From Malacoraja senta (taxonomy: Eukaryota): DNA of 64,000 nt. The notes under the pieces are model-generated. The model searched no databases and was not told where the DNA came from. It worked only from the letters and a program-made list of their open reading frames with translations. Below, piece after piece: positions 13,046 through 25,987 of the stretch (the first letter of the stretch is position 1; each line of letters begins with the position of its first letter). Where the stretch lies: positions 4,156,001 to 4,220,000 of the forward strand of contig CM075994.1 in assembly GCA_038087875.1 (NCBI GenBank), read 5' to 3'. The position numbers and the translations under genes are program-made.

Positions 13046-14466
13046 GTACAATAGTGCTATATCACAGCGGAGCCTAATTTAGAAATTGCCAGAATAACTC
13101 CAAATAAAGATGTCCCAACATACTTCACAACTAATGATATAGGATTTGAGTCTCGTGACTTTTCAGAGCATAAACTCACTTTGGCTGATAATGAGAGCCC
13201 TTTTGTTATTTGACGCGCCATCCTATCAAATCAGGGGTGAAATGTCTGAAAATGGCCTAACAGTGCGATTAAACTGAATGTTTGAATGTGAGCGGCGACG
13301 GGGTGTTTGAAGGGTGTGGCAATAGTGAATATGATTTGGAAATCATACAGCCAGTTCCACATAGAACATAATTATTCCAACTGGTCACGTTGTTTGCAAA
13401 CAAAAGCAGAAAATGTCACGGATATTTTTTTATTTTTTTTATTTAACCTTTATTTAACCAGGAGAAGTCTCATTGAGATTAAAAATCTCTTTTACAAGAG
13501 TCCTGGCCAAGACAGGCAGCAGCACAGTTCCACAGTTACAGACAATAATATAAAAACAACAGAGAACATATAAATAGAGTCACAGTCAGAATATCATCAA
13601 ACAACGCATGTACAGACAGAAGAGCCCGCTTCCACGTCATTAAGAAGGGATTTAAATCTGTTTATAGAAACCAGCTCCTTAAGTTTCAGTTCATTCTGCA
13701 GCTGGTTCCATGCGAAGGGAGCAGCATAACTAAATGCCCTTTTCCCCAGTTCAGTACGGACTTTAGGTACAGTTAGTTAAGAACAAGTCCTCAGAGCGGA
13801 GCTGATAAGTTCCTGTGCTTTTTGAATTACATACTTCTGCAGGTATGGAAGAAGAACACCGAGGATAGTCTTATAAATAAGAACATGCCAATGATGGAGT
13901 CTGCGGGTGGACAGGGCAAACCATCCAACTTGAGCATACAAAGAGCAGTGGTGCGTGAGGGTTTTAAATTAGTAACAAATCTCAGTGCTCCGTGGTAGAT
14001 CGTGTCCAAAGACTGTAGGCATTTTGAAGATGCATTCATATATAAAACATCACCATAGTCTAACACAGACATAAACGTTGCAGCAACAAGTCTTTTTTTG
14101 GCTTCAAAAGGAAAACAAGATTTGTTTCTAAAGTAAAAACCTAATTTTATCTTTGGTTTTTTCACAAGTTGCTGGATTTGAGGTTTAAAAGAGAGAGAAT
14201 CGTCAATTATAATTCCCAGATATTTATATTGAGACACAGATTCAACCACAGAGCCCTGCAAAGTGGTGATAGGAGGGAGGTCCGAGGGCTTTCAATTAGC
14301 TTTAGTGAACAGCATGAGCTTTGTCTTGTCAGCATTTAAAACAAGTTACGTTGAACAGTGTTAAAAGCAGTTTGGAGCTGACAGAGAGCCTGATTTGGGG
14401 TAGACGCAGAGCAATATATCACTGTGTCGTCAGCATAAAAGTGAAATTTTGCGTTCGGAACTTTAA

Positions 14467-15041
14467 AGGCCTGTCTCACGAGTCTGCGGTCATTGGCGGC
14501 GAAACGGGAAGAATCTGCCGCCATAGACCGCGCACTCGTGAGAACGCACAATTCCGGGGCCGTGCGGCGTTGTTCCCAACACCGCACGGTGCTAAAATAA
14601 AACCTACACTGTTGAAAAATATTTTCCTACCGCACAGCCTCCACCAGTGATGCACGAGTGCGGCACGGCCGTCGCCACAGCCGCCGCCAGTGTGGCTCGA
14701 GCGCCGTGCGTCGAACTTTCACCGTCGCAGCCTCCGCCAGTGAGGCACGTGTGCGGCACGGCCGCTGGCACAGCCACCGCTACAGCGCCGCGATCAGGAT
14801 GGCCGCCGCCACAGCCGCCGCTAGTGAGTCACGTCCGGCGGGCCGACGTCATCGCAGTCGGCCCGCCCTTTTTTTAACTTACCGCAAGCACGTGGGACCA
14901 GCCGTATTTGAATCACTCGGCCCCCGCGCAGCATCCGTGCGGCGCTCCCGTGGCATAGGCTCGGCGCTCTCGCCGTTGCCGTGCGGTCCACTCTACAGGC
15001 GAAGCCGCGCTTCACCGCCGATGACCGCAAACACGTAAGAC
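14467..15041. mobile_element. GC-rich MITE-like element, copy 1, inserted in the L2 RT
   Basis: Imperfect TIRs ctgtctcacgagtctgcggtcattggcggcgaa / ttcaccgccgatgaccgcaaacacgtaagac; internal tandem GC-rich units. Confidence 0.7.
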
Positions 15042-15109
15042 TTTATGATCTAGACTATTAATATAAATAGTAAATAATAAAGGTCCTAGAACAGATCCCT
15101 GTGGCACAC

Positions 15110-15620
15110 CCTGTCTCACGAGTCTGCGGTCATTGGCGGCGAAACAGGAACAATCTACCGCTCCTGGGCCGCCAGAGACCGCGCACTCGGTCAAACGCAC
15201 AATTCCGGGGCCGTGCGGCGTTGTTCCCAACACCGCACGGTGCTAAATTAAAACCAACACTGTTCAAAAAACGTTTCCTACCCCACAGGCGCCGTCAGTG
15301 AGGCACGAGTGCGGCACGGCCGCCACAGCCTCCGCCAGTGAGGCACGTGTGCGGCACGGCCGCCGCCACAGCGCCGCGATCAGCACGGCCGCCGCCACAG
15401 CCCCGCAGATCCGAAATGACGTCATCGCAGTCGGCCCGCCCTTTTTTTTTACTTACCGCAAGCTCGTGGGACCAGCCGTCCTTAAATCACTCGGCCCCCG
15501 CGCAGCACCCGTGCGGCGCTCCCGTGGCATAGGCTCGGCGCTCTCGCCGTTGCCGTGCTGTCCCCTCTACCGGCGACGCCGCGCTTCACCGCCGATGACC
15601 GCAACACCGTGAGACAGAGC
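15110..15620. mobile_element. GC-rich MITE-like element, copy 2
   Basis: Same family as 14467-15041; ends ctgtctcacg ... cgtgagacag. Confidence 0.7.
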
Positions 15621-18403
15621 ATATATCTTCTCCTCGCACACACTGGGATCTGCCTGATAGATAGTTTTTAAACCAACAGACAGCTTGATCAGACAAACCG
15701 ATGCTGCATAGTCTTTGTAACAATAAGGCATGATCCACAGTATCGAAAGCCTTTGATAGGTCAACGAAAAGGGCTGCACAGTGTTGCTTATTGTCTAAAA
15801 ATTCAATAAAATCATTTACTACTTTTTAAGCAGCTGTTGACGTACTATATTTTTTCCTAAAACCAGATTGAAATTCAGATAAAATACTGTTAGTTGATAA
15901 AAAAAAGTCCTTCAGTTGCTGGTTTACAATGGATTCCAGCACCTTAATTAAAACAGACAGTTTGGAGATGGGCCTATAGTTGTTTAGCACAGTGGGATCC
16001 CTCCCTTTTAACAGTGGGAGAACAGAGGCAGATTTCCAAATAAGGGGAATTTCGTTTGTCTCCAGGGATAGATTAAAAAGATAAGTCAGAGGAAATGCAA
16101 TAAAATCAGCGGCTAACTTTAGGAAGTAAGGTTCAAGGTTGTCTGGACCTGCCGATTTTTTTTGTGTCTAAACATCTCAGGGCCTTATGCACCTCTGAAA
16201 GTGTAACAGCGTCAAAAGTAAAGGCTTGTCCCTCAAGAAAACAACTACTATCAGAGCAAGCAGAGGAGCCCTGAGCTGTGTTTTGAGAGTTGAAAAGTGA
16301 ACCAGAGGCAATGAAATGCTCATTAAAACAACCAAGCATGTCAGCCTTTTCACAAATTTGGGTAGAGTCTTTGACAATGCATGGAGGTAGCTCAATAACA
16401 TTTTTATTTCCAGTTATTGATTTAATGGTTTTCCAGAATTTCAACGGATTGTTTAGGTTATTTGAAGTTTCAGTAAGGAAATGATCAGCTTTGGCTTTTC
16501 AAATTGCAACTGTGCTTGCATTTCGCAGCTGCCTAAAGAGCAACCAGTCTGATCCAAGACCAGTACTCCTGGCCTTAGACCATGCCACGTTGCGCTCATG
16601 GAGTATAATGGATAACTCTGACGTGAACCATGCATTATCCTTGCCCCTTATTCTATACTTCCTAAAAGGAGCGTGCTTGTTAACAATTTCAATAAAACCA
16701 TCATAAAAGAATTTCCAGGCATTTTCAACATCAGGAATGACATTAATTTTCTCCCAGCCAAAGAGAAACAGGTCATGAAAAATTGCTTGCTCCACAAAAT
16801 GTTTCATGTCCCGCTTTATGATGACACGCGGTTTGGTTTTAGGAACTTTTGTATTTCTTACTGTTGCAATGACACAGTGGTCACTGATGTCATTTGCAAA
16901 TACAGAAGCAGCAGAATATTTATAAGGAACATTAGTTAAGATAAGATCAATTAAAGAAGATTTTTCCGGACATTTCAGATTAGGTCTAGTAGGACTGTCA
17001 ACAATCTGAAAGAAATTAAACGAATCACAAAATGCTTTAAATCATCTGATGCTGGTAGCAGCCAGTTCCAGTTTAGGTCACCAATAAGGACAATTTCATT
17101 AAGGTTCAACCCGGATAAAAGATCCATTAAAGATGGTAAGGTGCAGCTGATAGCTGAAGGTGGCCTATAGCAACCGACGACAGTGATGTGGAGAGTTTTT
17201 GAGATTTCCATGTCAAGAGCCAAAAGTTCAAATTGCTTACTCACTGATGTAGAGAGACGGATCTTCACATGAAACTTAGACTTGACATAGACTGCGACCC
17301 CTCCGCCCTTCTTGGGTCGATCAGTCCTATACACATTGTAGCCGTCAATGTTGATATCCTTGTTTAAAACTGCTTTCTTTAGCCAAGTTTTAGATATGAC
17401 AATAACATCAGCATCAGTTGAATGAGCCCAGATACGAATCATATCCATTTTTGCAATCATACTGCGCACATTCAAATGGATGAAGCCAAGTCCAGACCTT
17501 GATTCAAATTCAGCAGGGGTGTTAAAATTAACAGCAGACTCAGCAGAGCCTGGGCCTGGGTTAGGTTGAACATTCCCTGAAATCAGCAGCAACAGAACAA
17601 TTATACACCTATAATCAGACCTTATAGATTTGCTTAAATGATCTTTTTTAATCTTTAAAAATATAAAAAAAAGTCACGAAGGCAACTTGAAGGAATAATA
17701 AAGTTGTCTTGAAAGGCCATCAAGCTGAACGGATAGGCAACAAATCTCCACTTTGAGCAATGTGGCCCCCAAAGTTTTATTTGTTCCCAAAGATACAATT
17801 GGCATAGGGCTGTGCAGCCAAAGTGCTGGTGGGCACGCCAATTTTCATCGCACCGATCAAGAGCTGAACAGTGGATCAGACGGTCTGCAAACACTCGGAT
17901 TGGTCGCTGCCAGTTACTAGCAAACGGACGCGTTCGCCGTGCCTGCCAGGATGCAGCATTCTGCTCCGGAGGTGGGCCTTAAAACGGTCATACCGTCCAT
18001 TCTATCCATTCTGTCAAAAGCCAACATTTCCGTGTAGCAGCCCTGCGCTCATCCATGGGAAGGTTTTATGCACAGGAAGATCGAACGGGTGCACACATCT
18101 TCGACAGGTGACTGGCACAGCAGCGCTCTCAGTATTGCATCTGCCTATTTCAAGGGAAGTCTGCGGGTAGCTGGACAAAGTGGGTTAACAGTTAGGAAAG
18201 GTTACGAGCTCTAAATGTTTGCTCGATGTCACCATCGGTGATAATTGGGAAATCTTCTAAGTTAACAGTTTCTGGTGTATGCGCACAAAGGGGTAAAGGC
18301 AACAATGGCAATAAATAGGGTAGCAATGGCATTGTAAATTCAGGAATGGTATTTTTTAAACATCTACCCCAAAACTATCTAATCTGAAAACTCTATTTTT
18401 CAG

Positions 18404-18424
18404 ATCAAGATGAAGTCATGCAAA
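18404..18424 (+). CDS. Putative 21-nt phase 1-1 micro-exon (xQDEVMQ)
   Basis: ctctatttttcag | AT CAA GAT GAA GTC ATG CAA A | gtaaga. Confidence 0.65.
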
Positions 18425-19156
18425 GTAAGATAGATCCGTTTATTAGATTTCGCATAGAAACTTTTTTTTCCTGGAATTGAATACATAATTGATAACACCC
18501 ATCAATTAATTTATTTCCGGAATGAATGAATACCGTTAAACGTAATCAGACAGTCCCTTCCTGCATCCGCTGTGATGTAATATTATTGTCACTTGAAGTG
18601 AGACTTAGAAATCCCCCGTAGGTCCATTGAATCTTTTTCATGCGTCAACTTCCTGCCGGTGGATGCTGAGAATAATTTACGATATATCTGGACAGTAAAA
18701 AAGAAATTGGCATGGGATGCTGGTTGAGGCAAACTACCGTCACTGTCCTCAGCCCGTCCTACTACATTATTGGGATGAATTCGGCAGCGGAGAAGGCAGA
18801 CAAAAATATTGGCACGTGCCTCAGTCTTGTGCATTGCAATGCATAGACATGGAGTCGAAAGACATCTGATCCGCCGTCAGATGTAATCAAACACTTCCAT
18901 CAAATTCCCGATCGAGGTATGCAAGGTGTGTCCCAGTAAAATATAATAAGGAGGCGATCATTGATGCACTCGATACTACATTTTAATGCTATAGATTACG
19001 TTAATTACTCCATCACATGCTTTCGATTAATCATTATATCACGTAGTTGACGGATGTGTTTACATCCGTCGCCTTTCACAGAAACAAATAGAAATACGAC
19101 TCTAACCTGACATTTATATAAATAAATATACAGCCATAAAACAGCGTCGAGCACGG

Positions 19157-21645
19157 AATTGAGGGAGTGCAGCGTAGGTTTACAAGGTTAATTCCCGGGA
19201 TGGCGGGACTGTCATATGCTGAGAGAATGGAGCGGCTGGGCTTGTACACTGTGGACTTTAGAAGGATGAGAGGGAATCTTAATGAAACATATAAGATTAT
19301 TAAGGGTTTGGACACGCTAGAGGCCGGAAACATGTTCCCGATATTGGTGGATTCCAGAACCAGGGGCCACAGTTTAAGAATAAGAGGTAAGCCATTAAGA
19401 ACGGAGACGAGGAAACATTTATTCTCACAGTTGTGAGTCTGTGGAATTCTCTGCCTCAGGTGGAGGCCGGTTCTCTGTATACTTTCAATAGAGAGCCAGA
19501 TAGGGCTCTTAAAGATAGCGGAGTCAGGGGATATGGGGAGAAGGCAGGAGCGGGGTACTGGAAACATAGAAACATAGAAAATAGGTGCAGGAGGAGGACA
19601 TTCGGCCCTTCGAGCCAGCACCGCCATTCATTGCTATCATGGCTGATCGTCCCCAATCAATAACCCGTGCCGGCCTTCTCCCCATATCCCTTGATTCCGC
19701 TAGCCCCTAGAGCCTTATCTAACTCGCTCTTAAATCCATCCAGTTATTTGGCCTCCACTGCCCTCTGTGGCAGGGAATTCCACAAATTCACAATTCTCTG
19801 GGTGAAATAGTTTTTGCTCACCTCAGTCTTAAATGGCCTCCCCTTTATTCCAAGACTGTGGCCCCTGGTTCTGGAGTCCAACAATGGAATTCTTTCCTGC
19901 ATCTACCTTGTCCAGTCCTTTTATAATTGTATATGTTTCTATAAGAACCCGCTCATCTTTCTAAACTCCAGTGAATACAAGCCTAGTCTTTTCAATCTTT
20001 CCTTATATGACAGTCTCGCCATCCCAGGGATCAATCTCGTGAGCCTACGCTGCACTGCCTCAATCACAAGGATGTCCTTTCTCAAATTAGGAGACCAAAA
20101 CTGTCCGCAATACTCCAGATGTGGTCTTACCAGCGCCCTATACAACTGCAGAAGAACCACTCTTCTCCTATACTGAAATCCTCTTGTTATGAAGGTCAAC
20201 ATTCCATTAGCTTTCTTCACTTCCTGCTGTACCTGCCCTCCAACTGTCAGTAACCGGTGTAGAAGGACACCCAGGTCTCGCTGTGCCTCCCCCTTACCTA
20301 ACCTAACCCCATTGAGATAATAATCTGCCCCCTTGTTTTTGCAAACAAAGTGGATAACCACACATTTATCTATATTATACTGCATCTGCCACGCATCTGC
20401 CCACTCACTCAACCTGTCCAGGTCATCCTGCAACCTCCTTAAATCCTCTTCACATTTCACACTGCCACCCAGCTTTGTGTCATCGGCAAACTTGCTCCTG
20501 ATTCCCTCTTCCAAATCATTAATATATATTGTAAACAGTTGCGGCCCCAACAGCGAGCCTTGCGGCACTCCACTCGCCACTGCCTGCCATTCTGAAAAGG
20601 ACCCGTTCATTCCTATTCTTTGTTTCCTGTCTGCCAATCAATTTTCTATCCACGTCAACAACCTACCCCCAATACCATGTGCTCTAATTTTAGTCACCAG
20701 TCTCCAGTGCGGGACCTTATCAAAGGCTTTCTGAAAGTCTAGATACACTACATCCACTGGCTCCCCTTCATCCATTTTACTTTACACATCCTCAAAAAAC
20801 TCCAGAAGATTAGTCAAGCATGATTTTCCTTTCATAAATCCATGCTGACTTGGACTAATCCTTTCACTGCTATCCAAATGCCCCATTATTACTTCTTTAA
20901 TAATTGACCAGCATCTTTCCCACCACCGAAGTCAGGCTAAATGGTTTGTAATTCCCCGTTTTCTCTCTCGCTCCTTTCTTGAAAAGTGGGATAACATTAG
21001 CTATCCTCCATCCACAGGAACTGATCCTGAATTTAATGAAGATTGGAAAATGATCACCAATGCGTCAACTATTTCTAGAGCCACCATCCTGAGGACCCTG
21101 TGATGCAGTCCATCAGGCCCCGGGGATTTGTCATCCTTCAGTCCCATTAGCCTACCCAATACTATTTCTCGCCTAATGGAAATTTCTTTCAGTTCCTGGA
21201 CCCCCTTGGATCCCTCTGTCCTCCAGTACTTCTGGGAGATTGTTTGTGTCTTCCTTAGTGAAGACAGATCCGAAGTACCTGTTCAACTCTTCTGCCATTT
21301 CCTTGTTACCCATAATAATTTCACCAGTGTCTGCCTTCAAGGGACCCATATTTGACTTTGCTACTCTTTTTCCCTTAACATATCTAAAGAAGATTTTACT
21401 CTCCTTCTTTATATTCCTGGCCAGCTTCCCTTCGCACTTCATCTTTTCAGCCCGTATTGCCCGTTTTGTTTCCTCCTGTTGTCCTATGAAAGTTTCCAAA
21501 TCCTCGGGCTTTCGGCTATTTTTTGCTGTGTTGGACATCTTTTTCTTTTAGAGATGATCAGCCATGATCACATTGAATGGCGGTGCTGGCTCGAAGGGCC
21601 GAATGGCCTACTCCTGCACCTATTGTTTATTTTCTATTGACTATT
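19157..21645 (+). mobile_element. CR1 3' fragment (19157-19560 plus 21551-21645) split by a nested antisense CR1
   Basis: ORF 19167-19436 [10 protein letters not shown]...; 3' UTR breaks at ggggtactg and resumes at gatgatcagccatgatc ~21553. Confidence 0.85.
19561..21550 (-). mobile_element. 5'-truncated CR1 LINE (nested)
   Basis: ORFs 21173-21538 and 19939-20637 with RT motifs; (catagaaa)n tail at 19561. Confidence 0.95.
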
Positions 21646-21690
21646 GAATCCCTTTCACTTAATAAGAACTGATTATAACCTCTTTTTCAG

Positions 21691-21711
21691 GAAAAGGTGA
21701 GGATACAAAAA
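21691..21711 (+). CDS. Putative 21-nt phase 1-1 micro-exon (xKGEDTK)
   Basis: acctctttttcag | GA AAA GGT GAG GAT ACA AAA A | gtaaga. Confidence 0.65.
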
Positions 21712-22169
21712 GTAAGACTGATTCGTTTTCCAGCTGCAATTATATTCTATCTCCAAAGACAAATTAAAAAAATTATATTCGATTTTTAAAATGCGGTTAT
21801 TTGTTCCCATACTCCCAGTCCTATGAACATCATTGAGATTACACTTCAAAATATGGTAAATTCTGCGAAATTAACATTTTGAAGTTTGCACCCTCGGAAC
21901 AGCAGCATGTTCTGTTAAATTGTTCTGTACTCAATTATATACCATTGGAGTTTGTGCTTAAAACCGAGTATACCATTGGTTGACAGGTTAATTTGATTTA
22001 CTTTTCTTTGGACTGAATGGTGGTGTGTATTTAGAATGCTGTATTCATGAAACACTTTCCAGTAATAATACTCGAAAAGTTTCAGGGCGTTACGGAATCA
22101 TCCAGAAACCTATGGTTTGACACAATGAGGTTATTCAGACCATCGGTCCTATCAGCTTTACGGATAGTA

Positions 22170-22745
22170 GGTTCCCTCGGATAGAGGCGTGGAGAGAGTA
22201 TATCTCCACGAGTGGGAGTGTCTAAGAGCAGAAGTCGTATACTCAGAATTACAGGACGTTCCATAGACCATAGACCATAGACCATAGGCAATAGGTGCAG
22301 GGGTAGGCCATTTGGCCCTTCGAGCCAGCACCGCCATTCAATGTGATCATGGCTGATCATCCCCAATCAGTACCCCGTTCCTGCCTTCTCCCCATATCCC
22401 CTGACTCCGCTATTTTTAAGAGCCCTATCTAGCTCTCTCTTGAAAGCATCCAGAGAACCTGCCTCCACCGCCCCTCCTTTAGGAAGGAGACGAGGAGTAA
22501 TTTAGTTAGTCGGGGGGTGGTAAAGCTGTGGACTTCTCTGTCACAGGAGGCAGTGGAGGCCAAGTGAATGGATATTACTAAGGCAGGGAGTGATAGATTC
22601 TTGATTAGAACCGGTGTCAGGGGTTGTGGGCAGAATGCAGGAGAATGGGGTTAGAGGAAAATAGACATCAGCCACGATTGAATGGCAGAGTCGACGTCAA
22701 AGACCGAGTGGACTAATTCTGCTCCTATCACTTATCAACTTATGA
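22170..22745 (+). mobile_element. Older CR1 3' end containing a nested antisense CR1 tail (22261-22472)
   Basis: ggacgtt|...|cctttaggaaggag split by a (ccataga)n-tailed fragment. Confidence 0.7.
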
Positions 22746-22999
22746 AGTTATCGATTATTTATTACGCTGTTGGTATTTCTGTTCTGCCATGCCATTCAAT
22801 GTCACCATATCCTTTATATGGTTTTGACAATATTAGAGATGCTGGCAGAGTTGTTGGCTCTTTGCGCGTCAGGCCCAGAAGCGGATCTAATATCATCCGA
22901 TAGAATCACTTCACTATTTTACCTCTCTGTTCCACGTAAATCTATCAGTAAATCTATACTCTACCTTTTGTGCTTGTGTATGGCTTAATTATAGTCATG

Positions 23000-23822
23000 C
23001 ATAGAAACATAAAAATATAGAAACATAGAAAAATACGTGCAAGACTAGGCCATTGGTCCTTCTAGTCAGCACCGCCATTCAATATGATAATGGCTGATCA
23101 TCTAAAATCAGTACCCAGTTCCTGTTTTTCCCCCCATATCCCCTGGTTCCTTTAGCCCTAAGAGCTATATCTAACTCCCTTGAAAACATCCAGTGAATTG
23201 GCCTCCATTCATTTCTGTGGCAGAGAAATCCATTGATTCACAACTCTCTGGGTGAAGTATTTCCTCATCTCAGTCCGAAATGGCCTACCCCTTATTCTTA
23301 AACCGTGACTCCTGGTTCTGGACACCTACAACATCGGGAACATTTTTTCCTGCATCTAACCTGTCCAATCTTTTAAGAATGTTATATGGTTCTATAAGAT
23401 CTTCTCTCATCCTTCTAAATACCAGTGAATACAAGCCCAGTCGATCTATTCTTTCATCATATGTCTGTCCCGCCATCCCAGGAATTAACCTACGCTGCAC
23501 TCCCTCAATAGGAATAACGTCCTTCCTCAAATTAGGAGACCAAAATTGCACACAATACTCCAGGTGCGGTCTCACCGGGGCCCTGTACAACTGCAGTAAC
23601 TCCTTGCTCCTAAACTCAAATCCTTTCGCAGGAAGGCCAACATGCCATTAGTTTTCTTCATTGCCTGCTGTATCTGCATCCTTACTTTCAGTTACTGATG
23701 TAGAAGCACACGCAGGTCTCGGTGCACCTCCCCTTTTCCAAATTTGACACCACTCAGATAATAACTTGCCTTCCTGTTCTTGCCACCAAAGTGGATAACC
23801 TCACATTTATCCACATTATGCA
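23000..23822 (-). mobile_element. CR1 3' fragment
   Basis: ORF 23285-23590 [13 protein letters not shown]; (catagaaa)n tail. Confidence 0.9.
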
Positions 23823-25012
23823 TTATCTACTTTGATTAGATAGCGCGCAAAGAAAAGCCTTTCCCTGCATCTGTGTGCGCGTGGCAATAATAAACCATTA
23901 TCCATAACAATACCAATTGTAGATGACACCAGCATATTAGTTATTTTGATTACAATCAATTTGTCAATTTCTATTTACTGTACAAACAGTAACATAACAT
24001 CTCGACTTCTGTAGTCAGTGCCCTATCTGATGAAGGAAAATATACCGAAACCCTTCTAGACCACACCCGTGACGGCCCCTGGAAGGAACTATGCAGCTGC
24101 ACTCCTAAAGCCCTCTCCCCATCAAACAATAGGTAAAGCAGTTTCACGTGGTTAACCGATCGTACGTTTTGCTGTATCTTGGATTAACTAAACAATGGTT
24201 GTATGTTATTGAGTTCGAGTAAAATACATTTGCGAAAAGCTAGTTGTAAAATAATACATCTTCCTTCAAATCTTTATGTTTCAGAACCAATCGAAGACAC
24301 AAGGAGCTAGACACTGCTGAAAAGTTCGTCGATAGAACAGAATCATTTATCTTTCCACCTTTCTTCCAACGGCATTAGGCTTGATTGGAATACATAGTTT
24401 TTTTGTGTGCTAAATCTGCAATTAACATAGTTATCTGCTAATTCTTGTTCTGAGGGATTGTTCAACATTGCAGTGGAAAATATAGGTGAATTATCACAAC
24501 TAAGCTATTTTTACAATAACTTCTCTGTAATAGCAGCTTGAACATGTCTCGTGGTTGATCATGCTGGTGATCCATACCAGAAATGCTTGTTATTCTCTTG
24601 CACTTATTGGCATGTATTTCAATATTAAGATTTCACAGCTAATGTCGGCACAGATTTCGTACTCATTGGTATTAATAATTACAATTGTTATTGTCATTTA
24701 TGCAAGCCACCAAATCCATTCGATATCCTCATGAAAGTTTGGATAATCACGCCAAACGAACGATCTGCAAGTCAGTATTCAATGCAAATGTTCAGTGAAG
24801 CTCATTTCAATTGAAAACTATTTCAACTCAATCAGTGCAGTGCAGTGCAGTTACTTCATTTTACACAAATATTACTAACTGGATATCAGACGGAAAATAT
24901 TAATTCGTTCGACCATGCATTAACCACGCAAAATTTGCAGAAATCAGAATTGTGTCGCAATAACACAGTGGTCATCGACACTTTAACCAATATATAATGC
25001 ACATGGTAAGAT

Positions 25013-25210
25013 GACAATAGACAATAGATAATAGACAATGGATGCAGGAGTAGGCCATTCGGCCCTTCGAACCAGCACCGCCATTCACTGTGATCATAGC
25101 TGATCATCCATAATCGGTACCCCGTTCCTGCCTTCTCCCCCCATCCATTGACTCCGCTATCTGTAAGAGCTCTATCTAACTCTCTCTCTTGAAAGCATCC
25201 AGAGAATCGG
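25013..25210 (-). mobile_element. CR1 3' UTR fragment
   Basis: (caataga)n tail and the CR1 3' UTR seen in the other copies. Confidence 0.85.
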
Positions 25211-25987
25211 TGACTGACCCGGGTCCAGGCATTATCAAGTATTCTTAAACATACCCGGATATGCCATAAGAAACACCACGATTATTGGACATACGTTGAA
25301 ACATTGCACCTCGACGTGTATTCTACTTCCAAGTATGTCACAATTAAATTTGTATTTGTCCGATCATTCATGTTCCAAGCGATAAAATATGAATTTCGAA
25401 ATGGAATAAAACTAAATAGTTTTTAAGATATGTTATTGACTTACAGATTCGACACATGCTTACAGAAGCAATACTTACAGTGAAGAACGCATTCAATTAC
25501 CTTGTTTTTATTGTTTTCTGATGAAGGCATACACATTCATCAGTACCTACATTTCCGGTACCGTTACATTACTAGAAAAAAACAGTCATTTTGGTTTTCT
25601 ATTTTACAATGGCAATGCATACCCAGTCACTGCAACCCGATTTAGTTCAAGCAATCTAGCAATTAATATATTCATTTGAAGTACGCTCAAACACGAAACA
25701 TGCTCCTTTCACGCTTACATAATTTACATTTTACCAAAGGTCGCTTTCTGATTATTTGCTCTCATGCATTTAATGGCAAATTATTTCAATAGCAAGATTT
25801 CCACACAATTCCCAGAGTCATCAAGGAAGCGTTTGCGTATATTATCCGTTAGATTGTGGAGCATGCCTTAATTATAGGATCATAGAGCCATATTCAACAT
25901 AAAGAACACCAGTGGGGAATGTGCTGATTTTAATGTTTAAAAATATCTAGTTTTACAGTTTGTGCTAATAGACTCTTAATAAACCTA

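Larger units (their letters stand above)
13432..18340 (-). mobile_element. Long L2/CR1-group LINE (APE endonuclease + RT) with 2A-like motif, frameshifted; 5' boundary approximate
   Basis: Minus ORFs 16975-17592 (HLNVRS, GGGVAVY, YRPP, GDLN), 16499-16807, 16133-16444, 15012-15233 ([10 protein letters not shown]), 14336-14587 (YADD), 13827-14261 (YKYLG); tail tttatttaacctttatttaacc. Confidence 0.85.

Noticed and set aside
14321..15612. Multiple overlapping Ala/Arg/Pro-rich ORFs
   Set aside because: Stop-poor GC-rich MITE sequence; no recognisable domain
24285..24323. Good acceptor (tttatgtttcag) with 39-nt segment
   Set aside because: Stop in phase 1 and phase 0; donor gttcgt weak
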